DNA from: Tubiluchus corallicola
Lineage: Eukaryota; Animalia; Priapulida
NCBI GenBank assembly: GCA_030141605.1
Contig: JAQGDQ010000017.1
Coordinates: 1,240,001 to 1,304,000, forward strand
Direction: 5' to 3'
DNA: 64,000 nt
Below the pieces are notes generated by a model. That model was given only the letters and a program-made list of their open reading frames with translations, did no database searches and was not told where the DNA came from. Made by a program: the position numbers and the translations under genes. Shown in pieces: positions 1 through 14,200 of this stretch (positions are counted from its first letter, which is position 1; each line of letters opens with the position of its first letter).

Positions 1-1599
1 CAAGTGTTAAATGTATGCAAAAGTGCCTGCTTGAACGAATGAATGAAAATTGAAAAGTTTGCTTGTAAAATAAGTTGTTTTTCATCACAGCACATCCTGT
101 CAAATACAATTTATAAACTCTCTTCAAAATTTTAGTTGAAGTTAATTTCCTGGCTAAAAAAGAGGGAGTTATAAAAAGCTAACAGTTATAACAGCTAAAC
201 AGTGTAGGACTTTAGTTGACTTTCCTGCCAGCACTATTACCAATACAACACCAATTAGTCCTAAATTTATGCATGGCATGTTATATTACTGAAAGTCAAT
301 TATCACACCAAATAAAAATGCTAAATACTGTTATACAATATACAAGTAAATAAACATGACACAACAGTTAAACAAGTCCACAAATTGTGCGAATTAAGCT
401 AATGACATAATGAAGCATCAGTTACAGACTAGTTTTAATAATAATGACTACTACAATTATGTATTTCACTGCTCAGCAGCAACTTCGCTAGCTACTTCAA
501 ACAGAATATCAGTACAGTAAAAAATATATATACTTTATAAACATTCAAGGATTTCCATTTTCTGTTTAGAATGATGTCTTATACGCCTTCACAATCCCTA
601 GATCAAAACATTAAGTTGTTACACTGTATATCCAGCAAAGTCCATTACTACTACTGAGCTGCCATATCTGAAGGCCTGAACTAAGTGAACTTTAATGGTT
701 AACATACTGACAATTTTCTTTTACTGACTCCTAGGTACTTGTCCTTCATAATTTTTTAAATGGAATCAGATTCATAACTATATTGTTCCAGTAGTTATTG
801 TGCAGTGTTTTAACAATGTACATTTTTGAAATCATAAATCGCATGAACAGTGCACATTGTTTGAATCATGAATTACAAGAACAATGCACATTGTTTGAAA
901 TCAAATATAAATCACATGAACACTAAACCAACAATGTTTTTGCTTAAATCACCTTCATAAAGCATGCAGATGCTACACAGCAAATAGAAAAGCCATAAAA
1001 AACTAAGTGTAATCAATAGGCTTAAAATGTTGCAGGCTTGCAGCACACTGTTCGTGGATAAAACTTCGAAGTGTAGTACATGTATTAATGTTGATAGCCA
1101 AGGCAAAGTCTGTTTCATATATTTCCAGTTTTAAGAAATGTGAAAACCCTAGAGCTAACAAATCAATTGAAAGCCTTTTTTATTTAAATAAATATTCATC
1201 TTGAACATCTTGGAAACCTTCTATTTTCCACAAAAAACTATAATATAATTCCTATTAACAAATCTTCCAGCACCGGTATTCATGATAGTCGTGTGCAGCT
1301 TATAACTCCTAAACATTGTCTTCAGCAAATTAAAAAGACAAGCATAATCAAAATATAACGACCTACTTGCGAAATTGAAAATAAACGGAAAACTAGAAAA
1401 TGTTGCACAATCTACAACAGAAAAAACTTACAAGTACCATGATGCAAATAAGACAAAGTGTAGATGTTTAGAAAATATGAAATAGAATGCTTAGAATCTG
1501 ATCAGCTAGCCCACCCTTGCTACAGCTGACGTACAAAAGAAAGGCAGAATCATCAAGTAGCACATTATATAAAAAGAAAAGAAAACTAAGAAGTTCAAC

Positions 1600-2138
1600 C
1601 AGTGGCGGCTCGTAGCTAAGATTAGTAGGGGTGCTGTTCAGAAATTTGTTACCATTGTTTTAATACTGTGTATTAAATAATATATACATATTCTTGGGGA
1701 TGCAAGGAGGCCATGAGTAAGTTATTTAAATTTTCTGTAAGATAAAATAACCGAAAAAACTATGAACTAAATAACCGAGAATAACTGGAAGCATGATAAT
1801 CATACAATTCTACAGAATAATTCTACACTTCATTACTTTGAAGAATGTGATATGTGGTTTTTACACACAACACACGCTGAGTCAAAAAGAAACGCTACTT
1901 GCGCAACAGGATCGGTACTGCATGAGCGACAGTGCTCTCTCTACCTAGCATGCACAGCTTCTTATCTCGGACATGTGCGCATGCGCACAACAGCCAAACA
2001 CTGCGTCCCGTCAGGTTTTGTGGTTCCATAAAGAACAAATTAAAGAAAAAAGACTCATTATATTGAATGTTAACGATAATATCGAGTGAAAATAAGGATT
2101 GCTGCAGTTCCATAGTGCCTATACACGAGCCGCCACTG
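1600..2138. mobile_element. hAT-like MITE, family A copy 1
   Basis: TIRs CAGTGGCGGCTCGT...ACGAGCCGCCACTG; 8-bp TSD AGTTCAAC/AGTTCGAC. Related copy at 57762-58279. Confidence 0.85.
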
Positions 2139-2624
2139 AGTTCGACAGTCTTCCTGCAAGGCATGCATGTATTTAGCTATTCTGATACAGTAAACACAAA
2201 AAATGTACAATAATACAAACTAGCAAACAAATCATGGAACAGTACGATGAGTAGTAAATAAATAGAAAACTAAAAAAGTGCTACAATAACACAGCAAAGT
2301 TCAGAAACTAACTGTAACAGAATGCGGATGAGATTCATATCATATCACAGTTAGAAGGCGTAAATAAAAATCATGATTACTTTCCACAATAAAAAAAGTC
2401 CAATATAAGTTTAAAACATTACATATATCACTGTGGTATCTTTCGAATGTCTTATCTAGTCTCAACACTAACCATTCTTGCAGCAGAAACTGTAAAAAAT
2501 ATTGAGTAATACGGATCGTAGAAACAACTAAGTAATTCTGCATCAGGAACATGTTCTACAGCAAATTTCTCCAGTTGTGTGGCATTCCATATTCATTTAA
2601 TACCGCAGTCTACATACTACACAC

Positions 2625-3007
2625 TAGTGTTGCTCCGGATATCCGATTCATATCCAAAAATGGTGATATTCACGAGATTCTGCAGGCATTCGCGATGTGA
2701 TTTTCGTAATGTGCAATTGAAAACACTTTTCGAATAATTTAACAGCCCCAAATAAATAAATATTACAAAAAAAATTAGAAATTCTTTTAGCCTATGTTTG
2801 TGTTTTCAAGACGAAAATTCTGCACATATCTTTTTTCGTTTGTGTGTAGTAATACGGTGCATCTTCCGGATAGGTCCTTTAAGATGATATTCGATCTGAA
2901 TTTAGCCAAGCTATCCAGTTATAATCCGAATCCGGAAGTCAATTTTAGGAAATATTTGACGATATCCGGTATTCGCCATCTGGCAAAAAACATCCAGAGC
3001 AACACTA
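2625..3007. mobile_element. hAT-like MITE
   Basis: TIRs TAGTGTTGCTCCGGAT...ATCCAGAGCAACACTA, internal ATCCGG repeats, degenerate 8-bp TSD CTACACAC/CTGTACAC. Confidence 0.7.
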
Positions 3008-3365
3008 CTGTACACCTGGCTTCGTTATGTCATTCAAAATCCACCTGTCGTTACTACAATAAGCTTCAAAGACAATTCTTCTCACTATGTTATTGATTTA
3101 GGTGGTGTCAAATACAGGAAACTGTGAAATAATTTCAGATTCACAAACAACACAGTACACACAGGATGATGCACCATTGATAGATTGTGCTGACTACTGT
3201 GCAAAATAAAGACTAAACTGAAGACAAAGATCAGCAGCAAGTGCACATTTTAGGTGCGGTTAATAGCCTCTAAAATTAAATAAAAATCTGAGACATATCG
3301 ATGTTGTTTATCATCACTATCCACAACCTGATAAAAGCATCTTAATGTTTCTCTCACTCAAAAAA

Positions 3366-3720
3366 CACTGTATTTCGGTTTGCTCGTCCTCGCTTTTACA
3401 GATATCGGAAAAATGGGAAATCTGGATCGTTAAAAATCCTGCATACTACGGACACAGTCTGCTGTTTCACAAGCTAATTGGCGGGCCGTCACTTTGTTTA
3501 CATCAGTGCAACCAAGCAGAGTGTAACGACACGCGGGTAGCTTGTATGTCCGGAGCGGCCCATTATAGACGTTTTTGAGACAATTAGGCAATTGATTCTA
3601 CAATACCATGAGTCTAACACACGACGCCTACTGTGTTAGCTTAGTAGCGGTAAATATGGACAATTGGCAAATTCGGACCGACGTCTTCTTGCTTTTGTCC
3701 GGCAAACCGAGATATGAGTG
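3366..3720. mobile_element. Tc1/mariner(pogo)-like MITE, family B copy 1
   Basis: Imperfect TIRs CACTGTATTTCGGTTTGC...GCAAACCGAGATATGAGTG followed by TA. Homologous to 21460-21820 (inverted) and 36594-37017. Confidence 0.75.
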
Positions 3721-3849
3721 TATTGTTGTCTCACTACTTATAGCAATAGTAGGTTAAATTTTTAGCAAATGCTTTCAATTCAGTACAACAAAAACAATAA
3801 TATATGCATACTTACATATACACTTAATGTTTGATAAATGATGTGCAAC

Positions 3850-5321
3850 TTAAATGGCTGTTCCGTTAATGTCATTTCTTCTTCTACCTGTTCGCGCTGG
3901 TGTCATTACATCCATTTCTGTGTCATCAGCAACACCATCTATAGTGGCAATTTCCAAATGATTCTGCCAGATTGTTCTTAATGCTACGTAAATCATCAAG
4001 ATGTTCTTGATCAAAAATACAGATATGTCTCTATAATATACATGCCAGAGCAGTATTCGGAGAGCTGTGTAGGGAGCATTGACCAGTATCAAGTACAATA
4101 AAGTATGAATAGTTTTTACTCTTGGCAGCACAGTCTTGCGGCCAAAATGTGAACTACTCAGCTGATACAAAGTTGCACTTGGCAGAAAGAAAACCATGCA
4201 ACCAAAAGCTATGATAGTCTTCTCCATGTTGAAAGGAAGTATGACTCGGTTCTCTAGTGTAAAGAGAATATCGAGAAATGTTATGCTGTCGAAAATGTCC
4301 ATGACTACGCTAGTGCTGAGATACGTGATGTAAGCCTGGCGCAAGGTGTTGGGTTCAGCGTCATGATGGCAAACCACAAACAGTAAGAAAATGACACCCG
4401 TCACGGCAAGTACAGTGCGTAGCATGTTTGGCCCAAATAGCTCTCCATGCTCTAATTCATGTGCAACATGTTTGAAAATGACCGCCACGCGTACTACTAG
4501 AACCGTCGCATACACGATCCAACATATGAAAGAGATCGGCAGCTCCACCTGCATATCTGGCGTCTTTCGTTTGCTTCTTAAATAGAAATACGAAATGACC
4601 ATTGAGGAGATCATTGCTGCTACAGCAAACAAGTCAGTCACCACCCAAGCATACCATTTTGCATTGTTGTAGTAAATAAGATAATAATCCAGCATTGCTC
4701 CCTAAAAAAACAAAAAGTGCAATATGTTCAATACACTTAGAAGTGACTTGATATAAAACTGCCCACAAGCATGGCCAGGTTATGACCTTTTGGGCTCCCT
4801 AGCCTAATTAAATTTTGGGTTCCCTCAAATGAAGCTACCCTCTAACTTGCCCACACCCATCTTGAATATTTTTACCCGTGATATACTTTTGCGACATTTA
4901 CACTGCTTGAAGTAAGCGTATTGGAAATTCTTTAAATAAACTAGAATAGCTATTTTTTTGTTTGTCAACAAAAATATTCTAAGAAATTTGATTTCTTAGA
5001 CCATTATTTTACTATTTATTGTAAGCCTGATTAGCACATATTTCACAACCATTGCGAAAAATAGATTTTTTACAAAATGTTACCAAAGCGTGACGGGTCC
5101 TAGGCTGCAGCGTATACTAGTCTATGGGATCATCTGGCCCTGCCCACTAGAGAGAAACTATGAAATCCAGTAGCTTTCTGGGACATTATAACAATAAACC
5201 ATCATGTAAGGGAAAAATATCCCGTAACACAAACCTGACAAACGACGAGAGCAATGCATGTGATTCGAGCCAGAACATCTGTCATCTGTATGCACATCAG
5301 ATCAAAGATTCGTAGAGCCAT
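3850..5321 (-). CDS. TMEM121/CECR6-family multi-pass membrane protein (~312 aa), 2 coding exons
   Basis: Exons 5321-5235 (MALRIFDLMCIQMTDVLARITCIALVVCQ, donor CAG|GTTTGT) and 4701-3850 (acceptor TTTTTTTAG|, GAMLDYYLIYY...*), joined in phase 0. Multiple hydrophobic segments. Motifs LDYYL, DIFDSITFLDILF and VNAPYTALRILLW...SVFLIKN resemble the TMEM121/CECR6 family as recalled. An acceptor at 5342-5343 implies an upstream non-coding exon. Confidence 0.8.
4770..5142. mobile_element. hAT-like MITE in the TMEM121-like intron
   Basis: Termini CATGGCCAG...CTGGCCCTG with 8-bp TSD CCCACAAG/CCCACTAG. Confidence 0.75.
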
Positions 5322-8199
5322 CTGTCCAGTAAATCAAAAGCCTAGAATAAAATATTCACATCATAATTGCAAATCAAGATATACAATAAAAACCTAAAAA
5401 ATACTTCACCAGAATTTTACATAAATGTTTTACCAATTGTTAGTAATCAGCTTCATAACCAATGTAAAAAAGCGATGCAACAAAAACACAAAAGTTATAT
5501 AAATAGTTCCAACTGTTACATACACACTAAACTTTTTCAATAACAAATTGTAATTGTGAATACTAGTGTAACCTGAAGCAAATAAGTTGATACACGGTGT
5601 TTTCTGAACCTCACATGGAAGACACTGAGAGAGCTAAACATTCTGGCACTAGATTGCTATAGCAAAAAATGTTCTACATTTCTTCATCGAAAAATCCGGG
5701 AGCTCACATCGGGCAAAGATAAAAAAATCTCCGCAATATATTATTAACAATTTGCTGGTTATAAATGGGCCTTAAAAGAATAATGCTATCAAAGCAGTCT
5801 TCAGAAGCACAGGGATCAAGACACAGCTTCTTCTTTGTCACTATTGGTACTGACTTCAGCTGTCCTAACAGACTATAACCATTTCCTCCTTTAGTAAAAG
5901 AATCCATCTTTGCCTTTTCCACCTTGCTGTATCCCCTTTGTCATGAGTCAAACGGCCAGATTCTCTCGATTCTGAAACTTTTTCTCAATTTCAAATCCAT
6001 CCCTCAATGACTCGACATTAAGAATTAAGATAAACTATTGCAGATTGTCATCCGCAATAATAAAATCATAGCCTGTCATTTTTGAAAAGCCTGACTCATA
6101 TCATTTCCATTTGCAAAATTTATCTTCTGCAGTTTTTTGGAGGCTTTCGGACAGGGAGTTTTTGAGCCATGCTCGATGTCACCTTTGGTTATGACTAAAG
6201 CTTCATAATGTACAGAAGACGTATAGTTACAGCTGAATGAATGACCCAGTGGGGGGAGGGGTGTAATTTTCAAATTACTCCAATGAAATTAGCAATAAAG
6301 TTTCAAGAATTTATCCATCCAATCTTAATAAAAAAAATATTCTAAACATTTGACAGCAAATTTTTGGAAACCAGTGTGAAATAGTCACATTCAACTAGTT
6401 GTTGATATGACGAATTAGTCATTTTGAGAGACTTATAATGGTGTTGGGAAATGTACATATGGACCACATTGTGAACATATTCATGGCTAGGAAGTACATA
6501 GTCCTTCAAACTTGACTGTATGCCCCATAGCATGATGTTGAAGACTTGGTATGACACAGGTATAAGACTTAACCAACAAAGCTTCTTAAATGTTGCGGTT
6601 AAGTTCTGAAATGCCGTACACAAAAGTGCTAAAGCATCTGATCTGATGTGTTTAAAATGAAGTTAGTGCCTAAACTAGATGGATTTTTATCAACTAATAA
6701 TCTGAGTTCTGCTCTGACGCCTTCATGGTGTGTCAACAGACTCTATATCATGAACACGTTATTTATGTTCTTACTACACCTTGCTCAATTGAGTACTGAC
6801 TCAAAATAGTTTACATTGTACACAAAACGTGCTCTACAGTTCCAAATTACCAATACAAGTTTTATTATAATTCTTTAGTGGGTGCTAGACACACTGAGTC
6901 ATACCACTAAGGGAGAGGAATATACCTCTTTCAGTAGTGCTACTGAACTCGCATAAAAGTTTAGAAAAGTAAGCTAAAAAGAGGAAACAATTTCGTATCT
7001 AAGTAAAAGCCAAGTTACTTTTATAACTAATATTGTAATAAGCACAAAGCAATACAGGCATGGCTACTACTACTGTTAAACTAGTAATTATGGTACTAAT
7101 ACTAGTAATATCTTGCTGCTAAAATTCACGATTTCAATAAATTCGACAAGAGACACAAACTTTCAGTCTTTCACAATGAATCTGGCTTCTTAAAGCATTA
7201 CTATCGTGATTGTCTTAATCTCTTTTTAAAGAGGTTTAAATTCGGTGCACTAAGCACCCTCTCTGGCAAACTGTTCCACTTGCTTACTGTACATGGTGAG
7301 AGAAAAGTGTACTTTTGTAATTAGTTCTTGCATAGGGTTTGAACAATTTCTTAGAATGACCACGAATGGACAGTAGAGCTGCAACCTTAAATAGTGTATC
7401 ACAGCTAACACGATTGTCTCCATTTAAGTACTTAAATGCTAGTGTTTCTATCGGGTACCCAGGCAATTACCCGCATTGTTTATTACCTGAGCTTTATATT
7501 TGTACCTGGTTCCAACAAGAAAATGCTGATATTATTAAATTTTGTAATACGATATCCATTGTTAAATAATTTAAAATTTAAATGCCACCTTTTGCTGTGG
7601 ATTTCTATAATAGTAGATACCTACTAGCAGACTACTAACTGCTGCTTGGTGCCATGCCTACACCCAGGAGGGAAATAGCAGACCAAACTATTTTTGCAGT
7701 AGGGGTGACTGACAGAATTTACAAACTATGATCCCTTTGCCAAGAGGTTAATTATCCATACGAAATTAATTATTGGCCTTTAAAAACCTATTTCTGGCAA
7801 CTTAAAAAGATATGAATAAACGGATTGTGAAGTTTAATAGCACACAACAAGGATAATGTAGATTATTATATTCCCCCAAACCCTATGCTGTATTAATAGT
7901 GTTCAGCGAGGTACCTAGGCTGATATTACTGAGTAATTGACAAAGTGCAATTAAGTCTGGAAGATAAAAACTCCGTCAAATGTTTGTGTGGGAAAACAAT
8001 AACTTTTGCAACTTATGTGTTCAGGCTATCAGCAGGTAATAAATGAATGCTTATTGTTAACATAACAGTGCAGTTAGTTAAAATGCACCAGCAGTTATTT
8101 TTATTTGCAAATATAAATGATTACAGTTTGTTCACTGCTCCTGGATCTTAACAATCGGGTACCCAATGCGTATAAGGAACAGTGTACCAGAGTCTGATT

Positions 8200-8800
8200 T
8201 TTGCTGCCCGTGTAAATGCTATTAAATGCCTTGTATCAATCAACTGTTTCTCTTCTCTGTTGGAGTGAACATATCTCAGGACACAAATCTGCTGCACAAC
8301 AACTTGAATTTTCTCCAATCTCTTTATGTCAGACTGTAGCAAGGTGACCATGCTATGCTAGAGTATTCCAAAAATGATTGCACATAAAACTTCTAATCAA
8401 ACCAATCATCTGATTTACATACACATGTTAGTAATATGTGCAATGGGCTTCATTATTAGTTATTAGATATAATTACACCAAGGTCTTTTATGTTCTGATA
8501 CATGTGTTAATTCACTGCCAGACAGCTAGTGATGTGATGAAACTTGTGCACTGAGTCGTAAAACGACATGTTTATCTGTATTAAACTGTAACAACCATTT
8601 GTCCGAACAGGGTTCAAGTTAGAATAAGTACTGTACGGCGTACACAAACATGAATGTGCCATCAGCAAACATACTAATTTGAAAGGAAATATGGCAAATT
8701 ATTGGCGAAGAGCAGAAATAAAACAGGACCCTGCATAGATCATTGCAGAACACTGCAAGAGATTTAGCACCACCTTGAAGGTGTACCAAAAATTACTACT
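8200..8800 (-). mobile_element. Degraded CR1/L2-type LINE reverse-transcriptase fragment
   Basis: Frameshifted minus-strand peptides QGPVLFLLFANNLP, MFADG, KDLGV, LEYSSIAWSP and DIKRLEKIQ follow the non-LTR RT motif order. Confidence 0.65.
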
Positions 8801-10879
8801 CATTGGCTACATTTGACAAGAAATTAGAATACTTCAATTCACTTGAGCAGTTTGCATCTGATACTTGAGTAATGTAGTTTGTCAATTAGTCACTCGTGTG
8901 CAACTGTGAAGTTGAAGTTTTATTATTATCATATTCAGTAAAATATAGCGACATTCAATACATGGTAACATCAAAACTGTTACAAAATACTGTAATAAAT
9001 CATTCTGTTTCATACACTATCGTTATCAAAAAAGATTAATTATACTGCAGCAAGAGAAGCAAACAGAGAAGCAAAGGCTTGTATAAGCCCACTGTCAAGT
9101 GAACCAGATACAAAAGGAATTGATGCATGGACAAAAAAGAACAGGGAGAAAGGTTAGATAACACAGGACAAGAAGAATAATGTGTTAGTGGAAATAGTAG
9201 GACAAAAGACAGTAGATTGTGTGATGTTCACATCAGCTCTAAAGATTTATCAGTGATGTCTTGTTTTGTATAAATCTGTACTAGAATTCTGGTATGACTG
9301 CTGCAGTAGGTGTAGGATATTAAGAAGTGTTGTATTTGTTCGAAAATCGTTGCTCAATATTTCTTTCTAAATTTTTGAATGCATACAGATAAATCACGTA
9401 AACGCGTTCTCCCAGATTATCCTCCACATAGCAATATTCAGTTATCAAGAGCTTTCACGAGGTTGGTACTGCATAACTTTATTGTCTGAAAACCATGGTT
9501 CCAAGAAATAATAATATTTTCTTCAATGCAGAAATCCATAAATGGCTATCGAATTAAACGTTATAGTGTATTAATGACAATGCTAGATAAAAGGACGATA
9601 ATTATGATTAGTGAGTACTCGAGGACCTTTCTTTGGCATAGGAGATAACATTGACATCATACTCACGAAGTGTAGTACGAGTTCAGGCAAGAATGACTTT
9701 GACGAGATGACAAGAATATTTGCCTTTAAGCCATTAAAATTTTAGGCATTTCCAGAATAAAAAGTAAATCGTAGATCAGCAGCTAAAGATTAATAATTTC
9801 CAGCAAACAGCTGACAGGCTTTGTTCGCGATACTGTTCACTTGTTTTAGCCAACGCCGGCTAATGCGCGTCTGAAAAAAATTCGATTTCCCATGTTGAGT
9901 TTTTCTAAGCAGACAAAATTGGGTAAAGTTGCTCAATGTCTACAATGAATGGAATCAGACCTTGAAGAAGAAAAAATAAAGAATACCTTATCTAAAGGTC
10001 CTAGATGGGAACTATCTGTAAACAGTCCTCTCTCAAATGCCATTTGAAACTGTCAACTGATGGTTGATGATGAAAGGTGACTCCACAGAAATTTCCCTAT
10101 AAATAATGAGCTGGTAGAAAACTTATTGTAAAATAATCTTAATTATTTTTTCGTTTAATAATTAAGACGCACCTTAAATTTATAAATTTGTAATGTAATT
10201 CAAAAATTGTTGAGTCATACATTGTACATCTGTTAGTGTTACCTGCAAATTTGCAAATTTTAAAGTTACAAAAAATGAAACACCAGTCTTCATTCTTTCA
10301 ATAAAATTTTTTGTTGTACTGTTAACTGATATACCAATTAATCAAAACGACAAACAAATTTCTTGTATGCCTTAATTTAATTGTCCAAGTTGTTACTTGG
10401 TTGTTTATTACGTGGTACCTATAATATAGCACTCACATTTATTTATACAGACTACATATTGAAGTGTTATTTTCTTTTGAGACTTGTAATCCGCAAAATA
10501 TATTTAATGGAATTATGCAGGTTTAGAAGTGGTACAGTACGTTCTGAGGTTATTATACTCGTAATGCTTTAACTTTTTCACTAATTCCTAATAATGTATT
10601 ATAAACAGACCATTAAAAATTAGGCCAATAGTTTCTCAAGGTAAACAACTATGATTAACACTACGATGACAATTTTCTTGAATGTATTTAATAATGCATT
10701 GAATATTATTAATATATATATTTAGTAATAATTAATATAAATAATATAATTTAACAGGTCAAAATCCGGCCCTGATTATATATTAAACATAGGCGTAGAC
10801 ATTGACGCTACCTTGGTCATATTACTATAATTAGTCATTTATATTCAATTATAAATTAAAAATTATATTTTTAACTAAC

Positions 10880-11221
10880 CTTGTGTATTTAACTTGTGTA
10901 CAGTGAAACAGAATTCTAGTTAGCTCGCTATAGTGATACGAGATATTTTTTCTTGAAATACGTGACGTCGTCATTGTCAGGGAAAATTGCTCTTGTAGGA
11001 AACTTCAAGCATAAAGGGGCGAGGGAAAAACGGATTTATAATTTTAATGGCCGGTAATTGCCAGACGTCAAGAAATGTAACATCCGTTACGCTTGGCTTG
11101 AGCGTATTTTTAAGCGTTGAAACGTCCGAAATCAATGGCTGTGTGGACGCAAAACGCGAGCAAAGTTACGCTGAATCAGGTGCTTTGAATTTGAAGCCCT
11201 TCTGCAGCCAGCCATGAAAAG
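10880..11221. promoter_or_regulatory. Probable promoter/5' UTR of alpha2-delta, possibly shared with the divergent TMEM121-like gene
   Basis: Locally CpG-rich. CRE-like TGACGTCG (10963) and GACGTCA (11064), palindrome GTAAC-ATCC-GTTAC (11077-11090), and a minus-strand donor-like AAG|GTTAGT at 10880. Confidence 0.45.
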
Positions 11222-14200
11222 ATGAAGGCTTGTTGTTGTTGCTTGTTTTTCTTATTTTTTCTGCATTTGGCTTCTGGTTTGTTTCCTGACGAATACACGT
11301 ACGTAACTATGGATTAGTAAAAACTTTGATTCAGTATTGTTGTGTATTCGCTGCGTACTGTTTATACGTACGATTAAGCATTAATAACGTGATTATTTTG
11401 CCACTTTTTAAAATTTGCTGCTTTTTTTACATTGCAATAATACTTGTAATATGGTATTCATTGTCAGATAATTGTGCGGTTTATTATTTATGTTTTCAGA
11501 CATTCTGTGGAGATCAGTGTTAAATGCACAGTAATATAATTAATATGTACTGAATATTGTGTACGTCTTATTTTAAGCTTATAATCTTTTTTAGCCTACA
11601 AACTGTCGATGCACATTTAGTTTATTATCTCTCCAGTCTAGCTTAGCTGGGAACATTTTCGTAGTGTTATAATTTTTTTATGCTTTTTACAGGTTCTCCA
11701 CATGGGCTGGTAAAATTGGCGAGAAGTTACAATTAAAGAGCAATGCTGCCACTAAGTATATTGCCATCCAGGAGGTAGATTATATAATAATTATGATAAT
11801 TATTATATCAACGTATTATTATTATAGCCTACATTTTCGTTTTTTCTTTTACTACTTAATTTTTTTGCAGAAATTGCCAGTGGCCAATCGGCTGCAGTAG
11901 AAAGGTGTAAGTATTAGGTGTAGTATTAGGCTGCAGTAGAAAAGTGTAAATATAAGGTTAACACTAATGTGCTAGTAAGTAAGTTTATTAGTTTATCACC
12001 ATTTTTTGTAATAGCAAAATTCATAACTAAGTGATTTATAATTTTGTACCACATTATATAATTTTACAAAGTGTAAAAATGATTGTTGATTAGTGGTGAA
12101 AGGGTGGCAAAAGAACTAGTTATCGAGGTCAGCCACCCTCCCAGAATTCTTACTAATATAATTAATGTACCAGGTAATTAAAAATTAACAGAATTTACAT
12201 TAAGACGATTCTTGATTAAATTATAGTATAAAAGTTTTAGTTTCTAATATAATAATGTTCAGTCACGGGAAAGAAAATATGAGACGTGACTGTCTTTAAA
12301 TATTAAGTTAAACTTGGATTATTTTACGTAACTAAGATTACTAATATTATTAATAATTATATACTAAAAAGAAAGATATTCATTTGTAGTTATATCCTGC
12401 TAGTGACAGGATGTACCAGTTAGCCTCTTGGGCAGATTATAGATCTAGTTAACAGCAGTGGAATATAGATAAATTGCAAATGACTAGGATGTATGTTAAT
12501 GAGCTGTTGAAACTAAAGATGAATGAACAGTAAATTCATATGGTGTGATTTTGAAGTCAAGTTGATCGGTGTCATTGATCTCGCAAACAGACATTTTTTA
12601 TTGATGTCTGTTTGCTCTCTACTGATGGTGGAGAGGCTCGAGTGTATCCACAGTAGCATATATATATAAGAAGCACTAGTTCTGTTAATGAATTCCTCAG
12701 ATGAGAGACCCTAAGGAAAAACTGGATTTATAAATGGCTTGAATCAGTATTCTCCATTTAATGATCAGTCAACAGTATAATGGATACTATAAATCTGTCA
12801 GTTGGCATTTAGGGTCCAGTGACTTAAGGACTTCCAAAAGGGCTTTCCCTTGAAGTAGTTGCAGGGTCGATCCCAAATCTGACACTGCCAGGTTGACAAT
12901 ATGATTTAGAGTAGGTTAAGGTAATAAATTGATGCCTCAAGTGCTCCGCATATGGTAAGATAGTTAATTTGCCATGAATATATAGCATATCTATAGCATT
13001 TATAGTATACATATCTGTATGTATGATTCATGCACACCGCTCTTTGCCATTTTTATGAAATCCCATCTAAGATTTGAGCACAAGTCAAGTCCCAAGCAAA
13101 CAAATATGTTGAAAAGAGCAGCAGCAGCCTTCTAATACATGCTCCTCCGAACATAAACGCTTATAATTTAAATGGCTTGGACTTTTTGGATTAGTGATTT
13201 ATATCACATAAATCCGTAACGTATCCGTAATCTTTTTAAGGCAATTTAATCCGGACACAGACATTATCAAACGTTATTTTAACTACAAATGTATTTTTTT
13301 ATTAACATGAATTGTAGTTTTCACTTAAAATAGTAATAATAATTATGCCAAATCTCTATGAAAAGGACAGTTGCCGTCATGGAGCTTGTAGATTTAATTT
13401 AAAACATGTTTCTGATTGTTGTTTTATAACTTCCTAATGAATCGTGATCTGCTGGTATTCGTGCATCGTGTGTAGTTTAGCAGATGACACATTGCAGTAT
13501 AGTAATTATAAGATTTGGATGTTTAAATAGCGGTTGATAATTATAATTTATTCTAATTAACCCACAAATCAACAGACGTTGAATTTGACCCAAACTTACC
13601 ACTGTGCAAGGCTACCAAGTTCCTAGACTACTCCACGGCCAATAAAAAGTGGCGACAGACAGACAGACCTGATTATTCTATAGTCACTCACTTCATAGGG
13701 GCAACTATAATAATACCTGACGTGGATAAATATTAAAATAACTACCGTTTTCGCATACAGGATTATGCATATATATTTGTGTATACATTTAAGTTTTTTA
13801 AGTTTTTAATTTACTGACACATTGCATTTTTTGCTTTTATGTACAAAAATTTGCGAATAAATGCTAAATATAATATTACCGGAAATTGCAAAAGTATACC
13901 AAAGCAAGTTTTATTCATTAAGCAAAGTAGGTATATGAAACTGGAATTGCCAGTTGTGCTTCTATTGTTATTGCTAATTAACGTTAGCAGTTTGATTGCT
14001 CGGAGCAAATTATAGCCCCTTGTGAGACAGAGAGTCTGCTTTAATGGCATCCTGTCTGTTGGTTTCCATGGAAACATTGAGAAAATAGGCTGTAATAAGA
14101 TAATAAAATAACTACATTATCTAATTTGATACACTTGAGTGCATAATTAGCAGTAAAATTTGATCTGATTCCAAAAGATTACAACGGAAGGCTACTAATG

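Noticed and set aside
4391-4585. Antisense ORFs overlapping real exons (also 17192-17380, 18050-18235, 19017-19259, 63578-63867)
   Set aside because: Shadows of coding sequence on the opposite strand.
5704-6623. Short minus-strand ORFs upstream of the TMEM121-like coding exons
   Set aside because: No recognisable motif or consistent splice chain; probably decayed repeat sequence.
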